Source: Bacteroidales bacterium (lineage in GTDB: Bacteria > Bacteroidota > Bacteroidia > Bacteroidales > WCHB1-69). From it: DNA of 64,000 nucleotides. The stretch spans positions 234,502 through 298,501 of the forward strand of contig JAFXSR010000012.1 of assembly GCA_017525505.1 (NCBI GenBank), read 5' to 3'. This document shows positions 19,360 through 28,607 of this stretch, in pieces. Both the position numbers and the translations under genes were made by a program. Every line of letters begins with the position of its first letter. Position 1 is the first letter of the stretch. The notes beneath the pieces are model-generated. The model saw nothing but the letters and a program-made list of their open reading frames with translations, searched no databases and had not been told where the DNA came from.

Positions 19360-21306
19360 TTATTTTTTGGCTGTATCGATTTTCCATTTCAGATACAGCA
19401 GGGCGGCTACGCTCCATGCTTGGGAGAAACAGCCGTTGGGTTTGTATGGCGGGTCTCCGTCGGTGATTTCGCAAATTGTAGAGATGCCGTAATCTTTCAT
19501 GCAATTGTCGAAGTTGTAGAAAATCTTTTCCAAGACAGAAACGGCATTCTGGCCGTAAACACTGAGCATACCGTCGCAGAAGGGGGCCAGCAGCCAAGGC
19601 CAGCAGCAGCCCTGATGGTAGGCGGCGTCGCGCTCGGCTTGGTTGCCCTGATAGTGGCCCTTGTAGTCGGGGTCGTTGGGCGACAGCGTTCGGATGCCCT
19701 TCTCTGTCAGCAGCTCCTCGCAGGTCTTCTTGAGGACTAACTGCTTGATTTTCTCGCTGATAGGTGCATAAGGCAGGGACACTGCGATCATCATGTTCGG
19801 GCGCACCTGGAAGTTCTTGTAGTCGCCGTTGACATAGTCGGCAAGGTAGCCGATCTCCTTTGACCAGAAAGTGGCCTTGAAGGTGTCGGGGAAAGTCTTG
19901 GCCAGTGGCTCCCATGCTTCCACGAAGGCATGGTCTTTGGCCAGTCGCGCCATCTCGAGGCTGAATTGGATGGCGTTGTACCATAAGGCGTTGATTTCCA
20001 CTGCACAGCCGGTACGCGGGGTGACGGGCACACCGTTCACCACGGCATCCATCCAGGTGAGGGCTACATGCTCATTGCCGGCATAAATCAGACCGTTGTC
20101 TAGCATCCTGATATTGTAGAGGGAACCATTTTTGTATGCGTTCAGGATGGACTGCATCACGGAACCATACTCTTTCCAGATTTTCTTTTCGGTATGTGTG
20201 TATGATGCATATTGCTGCAGGGCGCGGAAGAACCACAGGGGGGCATCCACGGAGTTGTAGGCGGCCTGGTCACCACTGCCAATGTTCGGAAACAGACCGT
20301 CTTTCATCTCCGACAGCATGTCGTCGATAATGGTCTTGCATACTTCTGGTTTGTTGACCACCGACAACGTCAGTCCCGGCACCGCGATGAACGTGTCGCG
20401 ACCCCAGCGGCCGAACCAGGGATAGCCGGCAATGACCTGTGTTTTGCCGTTGCGCTCGATGATGAATTGCTCGGCGGCGTTCTTCAGGCAGTTCAGATAG
20501 CTGTTGCGGCTGCGGTGTCCATCCAAGGTGCTGTTGAAAATATTGGCAATTTCTTTAGGGTCAATCGGGCTGGTGCCGATGGTGAAATATAGCTCCTTGC
20601 TCTTGACCGGCACGTTGATGCGACCGAGTTTCAGCAGGTCCTCGTGGCCATCGTAGCCCCGCTTAATTTCTTCATCGTATTCGATGTTGTAGAACCAGTC
20701 GGGTGCGTGCTGGTAATCGATGGTTTCGGAACTTTGCATGTAGATAGGGGTGTATCTGTCGTAAAGACAATATTTTACACCATTCTGAACTTCTTCGTAG
20801 CCAGTGTTGGCCTGATCGTTTTTATGTGTCAGCTTATGAATCTGACGGAAAGCCAGCAAAGGCTGGAACTGGAAGGAAGCGGATTCGAAATCATCGAGGA
20901 TGGTGTATTTGATGATCAGTCGCTCCTCAGTGTCGGAGAACAGGATTTCCTTGGTGAAATTGAAATGGCCGACCCGGAAATGATAAACGGGTATGATGTC
21001 GGCGTTGAATTTCTGCAGATATTTGTTGCCTTTGGGATCGAAGATGCCTCCCTTGTACTGGTGCATGCCGAGATGGAACTCCATGTCGTCGATAATGATG
21101 CTTTCGTTCAATGTGGACACCAGCACATGGCGTTCGCCATCGACATTTTCCTGCGGCAATATGAATAATCCGTGGTATTTCCGGGTATTGAGACCGAGCA
21201 GGGTGGTGGAGGCGAATGCTCCGGTGCGGCTGCAGCGGACAATTTCCTTTTTCTTCGAGAAGGGGATATTGACTAATTCGGTTTTGTCAAATTCTATATA
21301 GCTCAT
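19360..21306 (-). CDS. Amylo-alpha-1,6-glucosidase (glycogen debranching enzyme)
   Basis: TRKYHGL, AGYPWFGRWGRDTFI, TWMDA, SQAWSVA. Confidence 0.93.
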   Translation of the reverse strand: MSYIEFDKTELVNIPFSKKKEIVRCSRTGAFASTTLLGLNTRKYHGLFILPQENVDGERHVLVSTLNESIIIDDMEFHLGMHQYKGGIFDPKGNKYLQKFNADIIPVYHFRVGHFNFTKEILFSDTEERLIIKYTILDDFESASFQFQPLLAFRQIHKLTHKNDQANTGYEEVQNGVKYCLYDRYTPIYMQSSETIDYQHAPDWFYNIEYDEEIKRGYDGHEDLLKLGRINVPVKSKELYFTIGTSPIDPKEIANIFNSTLDGHRSRNSYLNCLKNAAEQFIIERNGKTQVIAGYPWFGRWGRDTFIAVPGLTLSVVNKPEVCKTIIDDMLSEMKDGLFPNIGSGDQAAYNSVDAPLWFFRALQQYASYTHTEKKIWKEYGSVMQSILNAYKNGSLYNIRMLDNGLIYAGNEHVALTWMDAVVNGVPVTPRTGCAVEINALWYNAIQFSLEMARLAKDHAFVEAWEPLAKTFPDTFKATFWSKEIGYLADYVNGDYKNFQVRPNMMIAVSLPYAPISEKIKQLVLKKTCEELLTEKGIRTLSPNDPDYKGHYQGNQAERDAAYHQGCCWPWLLAPFCDGMLSVYGQNAVSVLEKIFYNFDNCMKDYGISTICEITDGDPPYKPNGCFSQAWSVAALLYLKWKIDTAKK

Positions 21307-21323
21307 TTTAGAATAAATTTTTG

Positions 21324-21331
21324 CAAAGCTA
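21324..21331 (-). promoter_or_regulatory. Bacteroidota -7 promoter element for the glucan cluster
   Basis: TAGCTTTG on the minus strand just upstream of 21306. Confidence 0.6.
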
Positions 21332-21441
21332 CAAAAAAAAATCCAGCTTTGAACAATAGTTGATTTTTTGTTGAAAAATATTTTATAGAAGGTGTTGAAA
21401 TAAAAAAATGATATTAGTGTATTGTGTATTGAAAATTTTTG

Positions 21442-21449
21442 TATTTTTG
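21442..21449 (+). promoter_or_regulatory. Bacteroidota -7 promoter element for rplS
   Basis: TATTTTTG; supports a start at 21495 rather than 21408. Confidence 0.65.
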
Positions 21450-21494
21450 CAACCCCGAAATAAGAGGAGAAAATTAAAAATAAATAAGATAGAG

Positions 21495-21848
21495 ATGAAA
21501 CAAGATTTGATTCAGTATGTTGAAGATAATTTCGTGACTACCAAGGAGTTCCCGAAATTCAAAGCTGGCGATACCATCACTGTTTCTTATAGAATCGTGG
21601 AAGGATCGAAGGAACGTATCCAGCAATTCCAGGGTGTTGTTTTGCAAATTGCAGGCACCGGCGCAACCAAAACTTTCACCATCAGAAAAATTTCAGGCGG
21701 TGTTGGCGTAGAAAGAATTTTCCCCTTCGCTACTCCTCTGATTTCCGACATCGTGGTGAACAAACATGGTGTAGTTCGCAGATCCCGTATCTTCTACCTG
21801 CGTAACCTTACAGGTAAGAAGGCACGTATCAAAGAAAAACGAGGTTAA
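21495..21848 (+). CDS. rplS: 50S ribosomal protein L19
   Basis: FKAGDTITV, ERIQQFQG, GVGVERIFP, IFYLRNLTGKKARIKE. Confidence 0.98.
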   Translation: MKQDLIQYVEDNFVTTKEFPKFKAGDTITVSYRIVEGSKERIQQFQGVVLQIAGTGATKTFTIRKISGGVGVERIFPFATPLISDIVVNKHGVVRRSRIFYLRNLTGKKARIKEKRG

Positions 21849-21882
21849 TCCCCCTAACCTTTTTTATTGTGTTTTCATAATG

Positions 21883-21915
21883 AAAAAAAACGCTTTCTTG
21901 CAAAGCGTTTTTTTT
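21883..21915 (+). terminator. Intrinsic terminator after rplS
   Basis: AAAAAAAACGCTTT-loop-AAAGCGTTTTTTTT. Confidence 0.8.
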
Positions 21916-22045
21916 GTTTGTGAGGAAACAAAATAAAAATGTCAAGATGTAGAGCGAGGCATTTTTCGTCTTAACGAATGCACGAAGTGCATGACTAAAC
22001 GCCTAAACGCCTAAACGATTAAACAAATTAACAAATCAACAAAAT

Positions 22046-22975
22046 ATGAAAATTACCGCTGTTGAACCTATTGGAATAACCCCGGCCTTGGCGGAACAAC
22101 TGGCCGCCGATTTCGCCCGCCGTGGACATGAATTTGTTTGTTTCCCCGACCGGAACGAAAAACCGGAAGTGTTGGCCGAACGCATGGCCGATGCGGATAT
22201 CGTCATCATCTCCAATATCAAGTTGGGAGCTGATGTGCTGAGTCGTTGTCCCAAATTGAAAATGCTGGCCGTGGCTTTTACTGGCCTTGACCATATTGAC
22301 ATGGCTTATTGCCAAGCTCATAATATTGTGGTGAAAAATGCCGCCGGTTATGCCACAGTGGCGGTTGCAGAACTCGCCATTGGACTGATGATTGACGTAT
22401 ACCGCCATATTACCGCTTTGGATGCGGATACCCGTAATTGTTTGAACCGAAGGAATTTCCTTGGTCGTGAAATTTCTGGCAAGACCGTCGGCGTTGTGGG
22501 GACAGGGGCCATTGGCCGTAAAACCGCTGAACTGCTGCAGTGCTTCGGCTGTAAGATATTGGCGTGGAGCCGCACCCGCTACACCGAACTGGAAAACGAT
22601 AATTTCCGCTATGTGGAATTGGACCAGCTGATGCGTGAGTCGGATATCATCTCATTGCATGTGCCCCTGACTGCTGAAACGCATCATCTGATTTCCGCCG
22701 AGAAGTTGGCCTTGTGCAAATCTTCAGCGGTGCTGATCAACACAGCCCGTGGTAATGTGGTGGATATGAATGCCTTGGCTGTGGCATTGAAAGAAGGTTG
22801 TCTGGCAGGTGCCGGCATCGATGTGTTTGAGCAGGAACCTCCGCTTCCGCAAGGCCATCCATTGTTTGATACGCCCAATTGTGTGCTGGTGCCCCATGTG
22901 GGTTACGCCACCCGCGAGGCCTTCGACATCCGCATTGGCATCGTAATGGATAAAATCAATGATTTCCTGAAATAG
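22046..22975 (+). CDS. D-isomer-specific 2-hydroxyacid dehydrogenase
   Basis: GVVGTGAIG, SLHVPL, INTARG, DVFEQEP, PHVG. Confidence 0.93.
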   Translation: MKITAVEPIGITPALAEQLAADFARRGHEFVCFPDRNEKPEVLAERMADADIVIISNIKLGADVLSRCPKLKMLAVAFTGLDHIDMAYCQAHNIVVKNAAGYATVAVAELAIGLMIDVYRHITALDADTRNCLNRRNFLGREISGKTVGVVGTGAIGRKTAELLQCFGCKILAWSRTRYTELENDNFRYVELDQLMRESDIISLHVPLTAETHHLISAEKLALCKSSAVLINTARGNVVDMNALAVALKEGCLAGAGIDVFEQEPPLPQGHPLFDTPNCVLVPHVGYATREAFDIRIGIVMDKINDFLK

Positions 22976-23068
22976 CAGCTGAGGAAGAACTGCAATTCGT
23001 AGCCTAATCCTATGTCTTTTACCCATGTGGGGATTACGACTCCACCGCTAATTTCATTGGCACATTAA

Positions 23069-24532
23069 CTAATTTGCTAATTTGCTAATTCTCACCACTC
23101 CCATTTCCCCTTCAATCTTATACTGATTGAAAAATGTGGGGTTGAAATCCAATGTCAGACTGTCGGTCTCCAAAAACGGCTTGTAATCAATGCTTTGGTA
23201 TTCCAAATGTCGATTGGGAAGAGTCTCAAAAGTCCATTTTTTCTCGGCTTCCGCATCCGCAAAATGATATTGGATATTGCTGCGGTCAAACTTGATGGTG
23301 TTCATGCCGGGCGCGGATATTTCAAAATGGACGTTGAAGTCATTGCTGTATAGCGTAAAATTGCCGTTCTCATCGGTATAGGTGTTCATGCCGATCCAGT
23401 TTTTGGTCCAGCCACGGACAACGGCATCTTTTATACTTTGTCCACTTTTGCTTTCAACCACTCTTCCTTTGAGGATGATGTTGTTGTACCCCAGCATATT
23501 ATAGTAGTTGGACGGAACTTGATAGTTGTCGGTGGGAATGGTTTTGTCCTTCAGTGTCGGGAGTTCAAGAACCGCGGGTTTGTCCTCGTTGTTTTGATTG
23601 ACCAGACCGGTGAATTGTGCTTCGAAATTCACCCCGTCAGGGCATTCGTGATACTCCCACCAGCCATAGCCTGCCGCATGATACTGTCGGGCAAGAGTGT
23701 AGCTTTGGAGGAGAAACTGCCGCTGGTATTCGTAACTTACGCTGTCGTTGTCGGCAGGAAGGGCAGTCTCACCGACCATCCATGGACGGTCTATGCAATT
23801 GTTGCTGTACCAGCGCATCTCGCTGGGTACACGTAAGGGGTGATAGGTGTGAACTTCCACAAAATCCACGGGAAGAATGGTGGGATCCCACTCGAAAACC
23901 TCGATAGGTTCGGCAAAACCGATGGTGAAAAGCTGATGCGGTGCGTAGTTGTCCATCATCTCGCGCCAGCGGCAAACAATTTGGTAAGCCTCCATTTTGT
24001 CACGCAGTTCAGCTTCATCGAAATACAGAGGTTCGTTGAAGAAGTCGTAGGCCCAAAGATTGCTTTTGTCCGCCAGATGCTGTAGCAAGCCTTCGGTGTA
24101 GCGGATGAGGTTGTCTTCCAAAGGTCTTTTAATCAGCAGCATCACCTTCAGTTGGTATAGTTCCGCTGTGTCTGTCATTTGACCGATGGCATGATAGAGG
24201 GCTCCGAAATCCTTTTCTTCAGGAATAATATCCAGACAGATTCTCACGCAGTTAAAGCCCATGTCGGCAATGTGTTGAAAGTCGTGGGCAAGGCTTGGGC
24301 TTTGGTAGTAATAGGCGGGGATTATGCGAAGTGTGCCGTTTGTGGTGGCCACGATGGGCTTGTAGTTGAGCGTGAGCGGAAACCAGGTCTTTCCATCCAG
24401 CATGAACTGCCTGTCTTGCACATAGACAAAACCTGGGCTTCGGGTGCTGCGCGGGGAGCGGTCAATCCCGGCATGTTTACAACCGCAAAGCAAGGCGCAG
24501 AGCAGGAGGACAAAAAGGCTTAGTTTTCGCAT
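23069..24532 (-). CDS. Clan GH-A (GH5-like) glycoside hydrolase lipoprotein with a carboxypeptidase-regulatory-like domain
   Basis: Lipobox-like LLCGC, MGFNCVRI, NEP acid/base, HTYHP, VGET nucleophile; later KGRVVE...YTDENGNFTL. Confidence 0.65.
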   Translation of the reverse strand: MRKLSLFVLLLCALLCGCKHAGIDRSPRSTRSPGFVYVQDRQFMLDGKTWFPLTLNYKPIVATTNGTLRIIPAYYYQSPSLAHDFQHIADMGFNCVRICLDIIPEEKDFGALYHAIGQMTDTAELYQLKVMLLIKRPLEDNLIRYTEGLLQHLADKSNLWAYDFFNEPLYFDEAELRDKMEAYQIVCRWREMMDNYAPHQLFTIGFAEPIEVFEWDPTILPVDFVEVHTYHPLRVPSEMRWYSNNCIDRPWMVGETALPADNDSVSYEYQRQFLLQSYTLARQYHAAGYGWWEYHECPDGVNFEAQFTGLVNQNNEDKPAVLELPTLKDKTIPTDNYQVPSNYYNMLGYNNIILKGRVVESKSGQSIKDAVVRGWTKNWIGMNTYTDENGNFTLYSNDFNVHFEISAPGMNTIKFDRSNIQYHFADAEAEKKWTFETLPNRHLEYQSIDYKPFLETDSLTLDFNPTFFNQYKIEGEMGVVRISKLAN

Positions 24533-25401
24533 GGAAGCATGGCGTTGATAATGACTTGTTTAATTTGCTCCATCAGCCACATGGGAGTTGAGGTGGCCCC
24601 GCAAATGCCAATGCTTTCGTTTGGAAGAAAGTGATACTGTTGGAGTTGCTCGATGCGGGAGATGAAGACAGAACGGGGGTTGGCTTGTTTGCAGATGTCA
24701 AACAGGTAGAGTCCGTTAGAGCTTTTCTCACCGGAGACAAACAGGATGATGTCGTGCTGACTGGCAAATTCGCGTATGTGCTTGGAGCGGTTGGCTACCA
24801 GACGGCAGATGGTGTCGTGGTATTCGAACAGGTTCTCGTTGTGCAAATCTGCATACCGTTGCCGGATGGTGTCAATCAGCTGGTAATAGTCCTCTATGCC
24901 TTGGGTGGTTTGGGAGTAAAGCGAAGCCGGTTTGGTATAGTCAATGCTGTCAAGGTCTTCGGCTGAGGAGATGACGATGCCGTTGCGTTGGGTCTGTCCC
25001 AGCAGTCCCGTGACCTCGGCATGGCCTTTTTTGCCGAATATCAGTATCTGGCGTTCGTCACCGGAATTCTCGTATTTTTTCTTTATATTTTGCTGAAGAT
25101 GAAGCACTACGGGGCAGGTGGCATCAATCAGGGTGATATTGTTTTTCTTTGCCAGCTGATAAGTTTCGGGAGGTTCTCCGTGAGCGCGTATCAACACGGT
25201 GGTGTCGTGGAGTTGGGCGAATTGCTCACTCGATACCACCTCTAAGCCTTTGTCTGCCAGTCGGCGGACTTCCTCGTTGTTGTGGACAATGTCGCCAAGG
25301 CAGTACAGGTGGCGGTGTTGTGAAAGATACTCTTCTGCGGTGCGGATGGCGTTGATGACTCCGAAGCAGAAGCCGGAATCTTTGTCAATGGTGATATTCA
25401 T
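24520..25401 (-). CDS. ispH: 4-hydroxy-3-methylbut-2-enyl diphosphate reductase
   Basis: GFCFGV, IVHN, IRAHG, DATCP, DTIC, SSN, GATSTP. Confidence 0.97.
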   Translation of the reverse strand: MNITIDKDSGFCFGVINAIRTAEEYLSQHRHLYCLGDIVHNNEEVRRLADKGLEVVSSEQFAQLHDTTVLIRAHGEPPETYQLAKKNNITLIDATCPVVLHLQQNIKKKYENSGDERQILIFGKKGHAEVTGLLGQTQRNGIVISSAEDLDSIDYTKPASLYSQTTQGIEDYYQLIDTIRQRYADLHNENLFEYHDTICRLVANRSKHIREFASQHDIILFVSGEKSSNGLYLFDICKQANPRSVFISRIEQLQQYHFLPNESIGICGATSTPMWLMEQIKQVIINAMLPCEN

Positions 25402-25407
25402 GCGAAA

Positions 25408-26367
25408 TTAGTCTTGGTCGGGGAAGAGAGAATCGACAAATTCGAGGCGGTTGAAGACCTGCAGTTGTTCGATTTTCTCGCCTACACCGATGTATTTCAC
25501 TGGTATCTGGAACTGGTCGGAGATGCCGATGACTACGCCTCCTTTGGCAGTTCCGTCCAGTTTTGTGATTGCCAATGCGTTGACTTCTGTGGCGGCGGTA
25601 AACTGGCGGGCTTGCTCGATGGCATTCTGGCCTGTGGAGCCGTCCAGTACCAGCAACACCTCGTGGGGTGCGTCGGGCACAAGCTTTTGGATGACATTTT
25701 TGATTTTGGTCAACTCGTGCATCAGGTTGATTTTGTTGTGCAGACGGCCGGCGGTATCGATGAGCACCACATCGGAACCTTTGGACAGGGCCGAGGCGAC
25801 AGTGTCGTAGGCGACAGCCGCGGGGTCGGCACCCATTTTCTGGGTCACAATGGGCACATTGGCTCGCTGGGCCCACACTTCCAGTTGCTCGATGGCGGCG
25901 GCGCGGAAGGTGTCGGCGGCTCCTAACATCACGGAGTAGCCTTTTTTCTTGAACTGGTATGCTAGTTTGCCGATGGTAGTGGTTTTGCCCACTCCGTTGA
26001 CACCTACCACCAGGACAATGTAGGGCTTTTTGTCGGCCGGAAGGGTGAAGTCTTGCCTGCCTTCCATGTCGTTTTCAAGTAATAGTGCGGCAATCTCTTC
26101 GCGCAGTATGGTGTTCAGCTGGCTGGTGCCGATATATTTGTCTTTTGAGACGCGTTTCTCAATGCGGTCGATAATTTTCAAGGTCGTTTCCACACCCACA
26201 TCAGAGGTTACCAGAATCTCTTCCAAATTGTCGAGCACGTCGTCATCCACTTTGGATTTGCCGACCACCGTTTTCGCTAACTTCGCGAAGAAGCTCTCTT
26301 TGGACTTCTCAAGTCCTTTGTTTAATTCTTCTTTCTTCTCTTTGGAAAAAAATGAAAAAAAGCCCAT
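25408..26367 (-). CDS. ftsY: Signal recognition particle receptor FtsY
   Basis: GVNGVGKTTT, DTFRAAA, DTAGR, TKLDGTAKGG. Confidence 0.98.
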   Translation of the reverse strand: MGFFSFFSKEKKEELNKGLEKSKESFFAKLAKTVVGKSKVDDDVLDNLEEILVTSDVGVETTLKIIDRIEKRVSKDKYIGTSQLNTILREEIAALLLENDMEGRQDFTLPADKKPYIVLVVGVNGVGKTTTIGKLAYQFKKKGYSVMLGAADTFRAAAIEQLEVWAQRANVPIVTQKMGADPAAVAYDTVASALSKGSDVVLIDTAGRLHNKINLMHELTKIKNVIQKLVPDAPHEVLLVLDGSTGQNAIEQARQFTAATEVNALAITKLDGTAKGGVVIGISDQFQIPVKYIGVGEKIEQLQVFNRLEFVDSLFPDQD

Positions 26368-26381
26368 AACGTAAATTTTTG

Positions 26382-26389
26382 CAAAGTTA
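26382..26389 (-). promoter_or_regulatory. Bacteroidota -7 promoter element for ftsY
   Basis: TAACTTTG on the minus strand. Confidence 0.6.
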
Positions 26390-26474
26390 CGTAAAATTCC
26401 TGAATTATGTACGTTTAAAAAACAAAAGGCCAGAAGAGGGGATCTTCCAGCCTTTTAACCATGAAAACAAAATA

Positions 26475-26630
26475 TTACTTTTTAGCCAAAAAGTCTTTTA
26501 CGTTAGCGGATTCCACTACAGCTTCCTTGAAAGTGTAGGCTCCGGTCTTGGGAGAGCGTTCCATTTTTACCACGCGGGTGTATGCTACGCCACCTTCTCT
26601 TTTCAATGTTGCAACAACCTTCTTTGCCAT
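26475..26630 (-). CDS. DUF4295-family small protein
   Basis: Manual translation MAKKVVATLKREGGVAYTRVVKMERSPKTGAYTFKEAVVESANVKDFLAKK*; usual Bacteroidota position between rpmG and ftsY. Confidence 0.9.
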   Translation of the reverse strand: MAKKVVATLKREGGVAYTRVVKMERSPKTGAYTFKEAVVESANVKDFLAKK

Positions 26631-26646
26631 TTTCTATAGATTTTTA

Positions 26647-26835
26647 TTATTTAACTTCCTTGTGAACAGTAACACGTTTCAGATAGGGATTGTATTTCTT
26701 CAGTTCCAATCTCTCGGTCGTGTTCTTTCTGTTTTTAGTGGTGATGTATCTTGACATACCCGGAACGCCACTGGCTTTCTGTTCGGTGCACTCTAAGATG
26801 ACCTGTTGTCTTGCTTCTTTATTCTTCTTTGCCAT
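26647..26835 (-). CDS. rpmG: 50S ribosomal protein L33
   Basis: [30 protein letters not shown]. Confidence 0.98.
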   Translation of the reverse strand: MAKKNKEARQQVILECTEQKASGVPGMSRYITTKNRKNTTERLELKKYNPYLKRVTVHKEVK

Positions 26836-26928
26836 AACACTAAATTTTTTCTATTTTGTTCTCTCTGAATTTGAGTTTGCAAAAATACAATTTTTTTCAA
26901 TACAAAATGTGTTTTGATGAAAATATTT

Positions 26929-27939
26929 TTAGCCGATGATTCTGACCTCCGGTTCAATCAGAATTCCGTACTTTTCTTGTACCGATTGAATGATATCCTG
27001 ATAGTACGCCACCACCTCTGAACCCTTGGCATTCCCCCAATTGACAATGACCAAGGCTTGGGTGGGGTACACGCTGACATCGCCTCTGCGGATGTCCTTC
27101 CAGCCGCAACTTTCAATGAGTTGACCGGCGGCTAATTTGACTCCGTTGGGGGCTGGGTAGTGCACAAGTTGGTCAAATTTTGCAGAAAGTTCCGCAAATT
27201 TTGCCTTACTCACGACCGGGTTTTTGAAAAAACTGCCGGCGCAACCTACCTTCGTGATGTCGGGAAGCTTGCTGTTGCGGATGTTGAGCACGGTTTCCGC
27301 CACTTTTTTTAGGGTTAGGTCCTCGCCAAAGGATGCCAGACTGTCTGCTAATTGCTTGTAATTTAATCGAAAACGTTTTTCTTTGTTGAGTTTGAAAACT
27401 ACTTCGGTAATCCAGCAACGTTTTTTTAATTCATTTTTGAATACGGAGTCACGATAGGCGAAATGGCATTCTTCGTTGTACAAAACAAAGGGTTCGCCAT
27501 CAGGAAGATAATAACCTTCCACTTGATAGATGATGTCTTTGACTTCACTACCGTACGCGCCGATGTTTTGCACGGGGCAGCTGCCCACTAAGCCCGGAAT
27601 GCCGATGAGGTTTTCCACACCATAAAGATCGTGTTCAATGGTGAAACGCACAAAATCGGACCATTCTTCGCCTCCAGCGGCCCTGACATACACATGCTCA
27701 TCGTCCTCGTTGATGATTTCAATTCCCTTGGTCGCCAGTTTGATGACAGTTCCATCGAAATCCTTGGTAAAAAGCATGTTGCTACCTTCACCAATCATCA
27801 AATAGGGCTGATGAAAAATATTCCTTCGGAATACTTCATCTATATCTTGGTCATTTTCCACCATCAGCAATTCCTTGCATCGGCAGTCGATGTGGAAGGT
27901 GTTGTATGGTTTCAGTGAAGGGTTTAGCTGTGTGATCAT
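26929..27939 (-). CDS. murB: UDP-N-acetylenolpyruvoylglucosamine reductase
   Basis: GEGSN, IPGLVG, QNIGAYG, YRDSVFK, AGSFFKNP, IEPEV. Confidence 0.97.
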   Translation of the reverse strand: MITQLNPSLKPYNTFHIDCRCKELLMVENDQDIDEVFRRNIFHQPYLMIGEGSNMLFTKDFDGTVIKLATKGIEIINEDDEHVYVRAAGGEEWSDFVRFTIEHDLYGVENLIGIPGLVGSCPVQNIGAYGSEVKDIIYQVEGYYLPDGEPFVLYNEECHFAYRDSVFKNELKKRCWITEVVFKLNKEKRFRLNYKQLADSLASFGEDLTLKKVAETVLNIRNSKLPDITKVGCAGSFFKNPVVSKAKFAELSAKFDQLVHYPAPNGVKLAAGQLIESCGWKDIRRGDVSVYPTQALVIVNWGNAKGSEVVAYYQDIIQSVQEKYGILIEPEVRIIG

Positions 27940-27948
27940 GGGAAGGCG

Positions 27949-28227
27949 TTATTTTTTGAAAAGTTCTGAGTGTGTTCCTGTATTGGTCATAATCAGAACC
28001 ATTCTGTTTTTTTCTTTTTTCCATACCAACAACCAGTCCTCCTGTATGTGACATTCATACAATCCTTTGTATTTTCCTTTTAATTTATGTTGCTTATATT
28101 TTGCGGGTAAAATGCCTTTTTCGCTCAAAATATCTACGGCATCAAAAAGTAATTCCAAGTTCATTCCGCGTTTGGCACATCGTTCAATGTTCCTCTCGAA
28201 ATTGGGAGTGGTCTCTATTTCGTACAT
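27949..28227 (-). CDS. YafQ-family (RelE superfamily) toxin
   Basis: HKLKG, ECHIQEDWLLVW, terminal TGTHSELF. Confidence 0.92.
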   Translation of the reverse strand: MYEIETTPNFERNIERCAKRGMNLELLFDAVDILSEKGILPAKYKQHKLKGKYKGLYECHIQEDWLLVWKKEKNRMVLIMTNTGTHSELFKK

Positions 28228-28430
28228 AGCTGTTTCATTTCATTTTTAAAATCCTCAAATGAATTGAAATGGTGCACTTGGCCGTTGTCAATTTCAGACA
28301 ATGATTTGTCAATTTCAGGATAGCAATCTTGTTCTATTATTGAAGAACATTTCACTTTTAGTTCCTTGGCTAAGGCTATGAGTAAGTCTATCTTTGATTG
28401 ATTGTTGCTGGTTAAAGTAATTGTTGCCAT
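28215..28430 (-). CDS. Putative antitoxin
   Basis: 71-aa ORF overlapping the toxin start; acidic C-terminus IDKSLSEIDNGQV; own TACTTTTG promoter at 28450-28457. Confidence 0.75.
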   Translation of the reverse strand: MATITLTSNNQSKIDLLIALAKELKVKCSSIIEQDCYPEIDKSLSEIDNGQVHHFNSFEDFKNEMKQLCTK

Positions 28431-28534
28431 AATAACTCAAAAATTTCTGCAAAAGTATAAAAAATCTGAATATGGATAATATTATCTTTGTGGATTGCTT
28501 TTGCTAATTGTTTTAGGATGAGAACTCATCCGTG

Positions 28535-28607
28535 AATTTTGAATTTTGAACTTTGAATTCTTAATATCAATTATTAATTGTCAACTGTCAACTATCAATT
28601 GTCAACT
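28535..28607 (-). repeat. Degenerate heptamer tandem repeats overlapping the anmK stop codon
   Basis: Sense strand AGTTGAC AATTGAT AGTTGAC AGTTGAC AATTAAT AATTGAT, then GAATTCA AAGTTCA AAATTCA AAATTCA. Confidence 0.8.
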
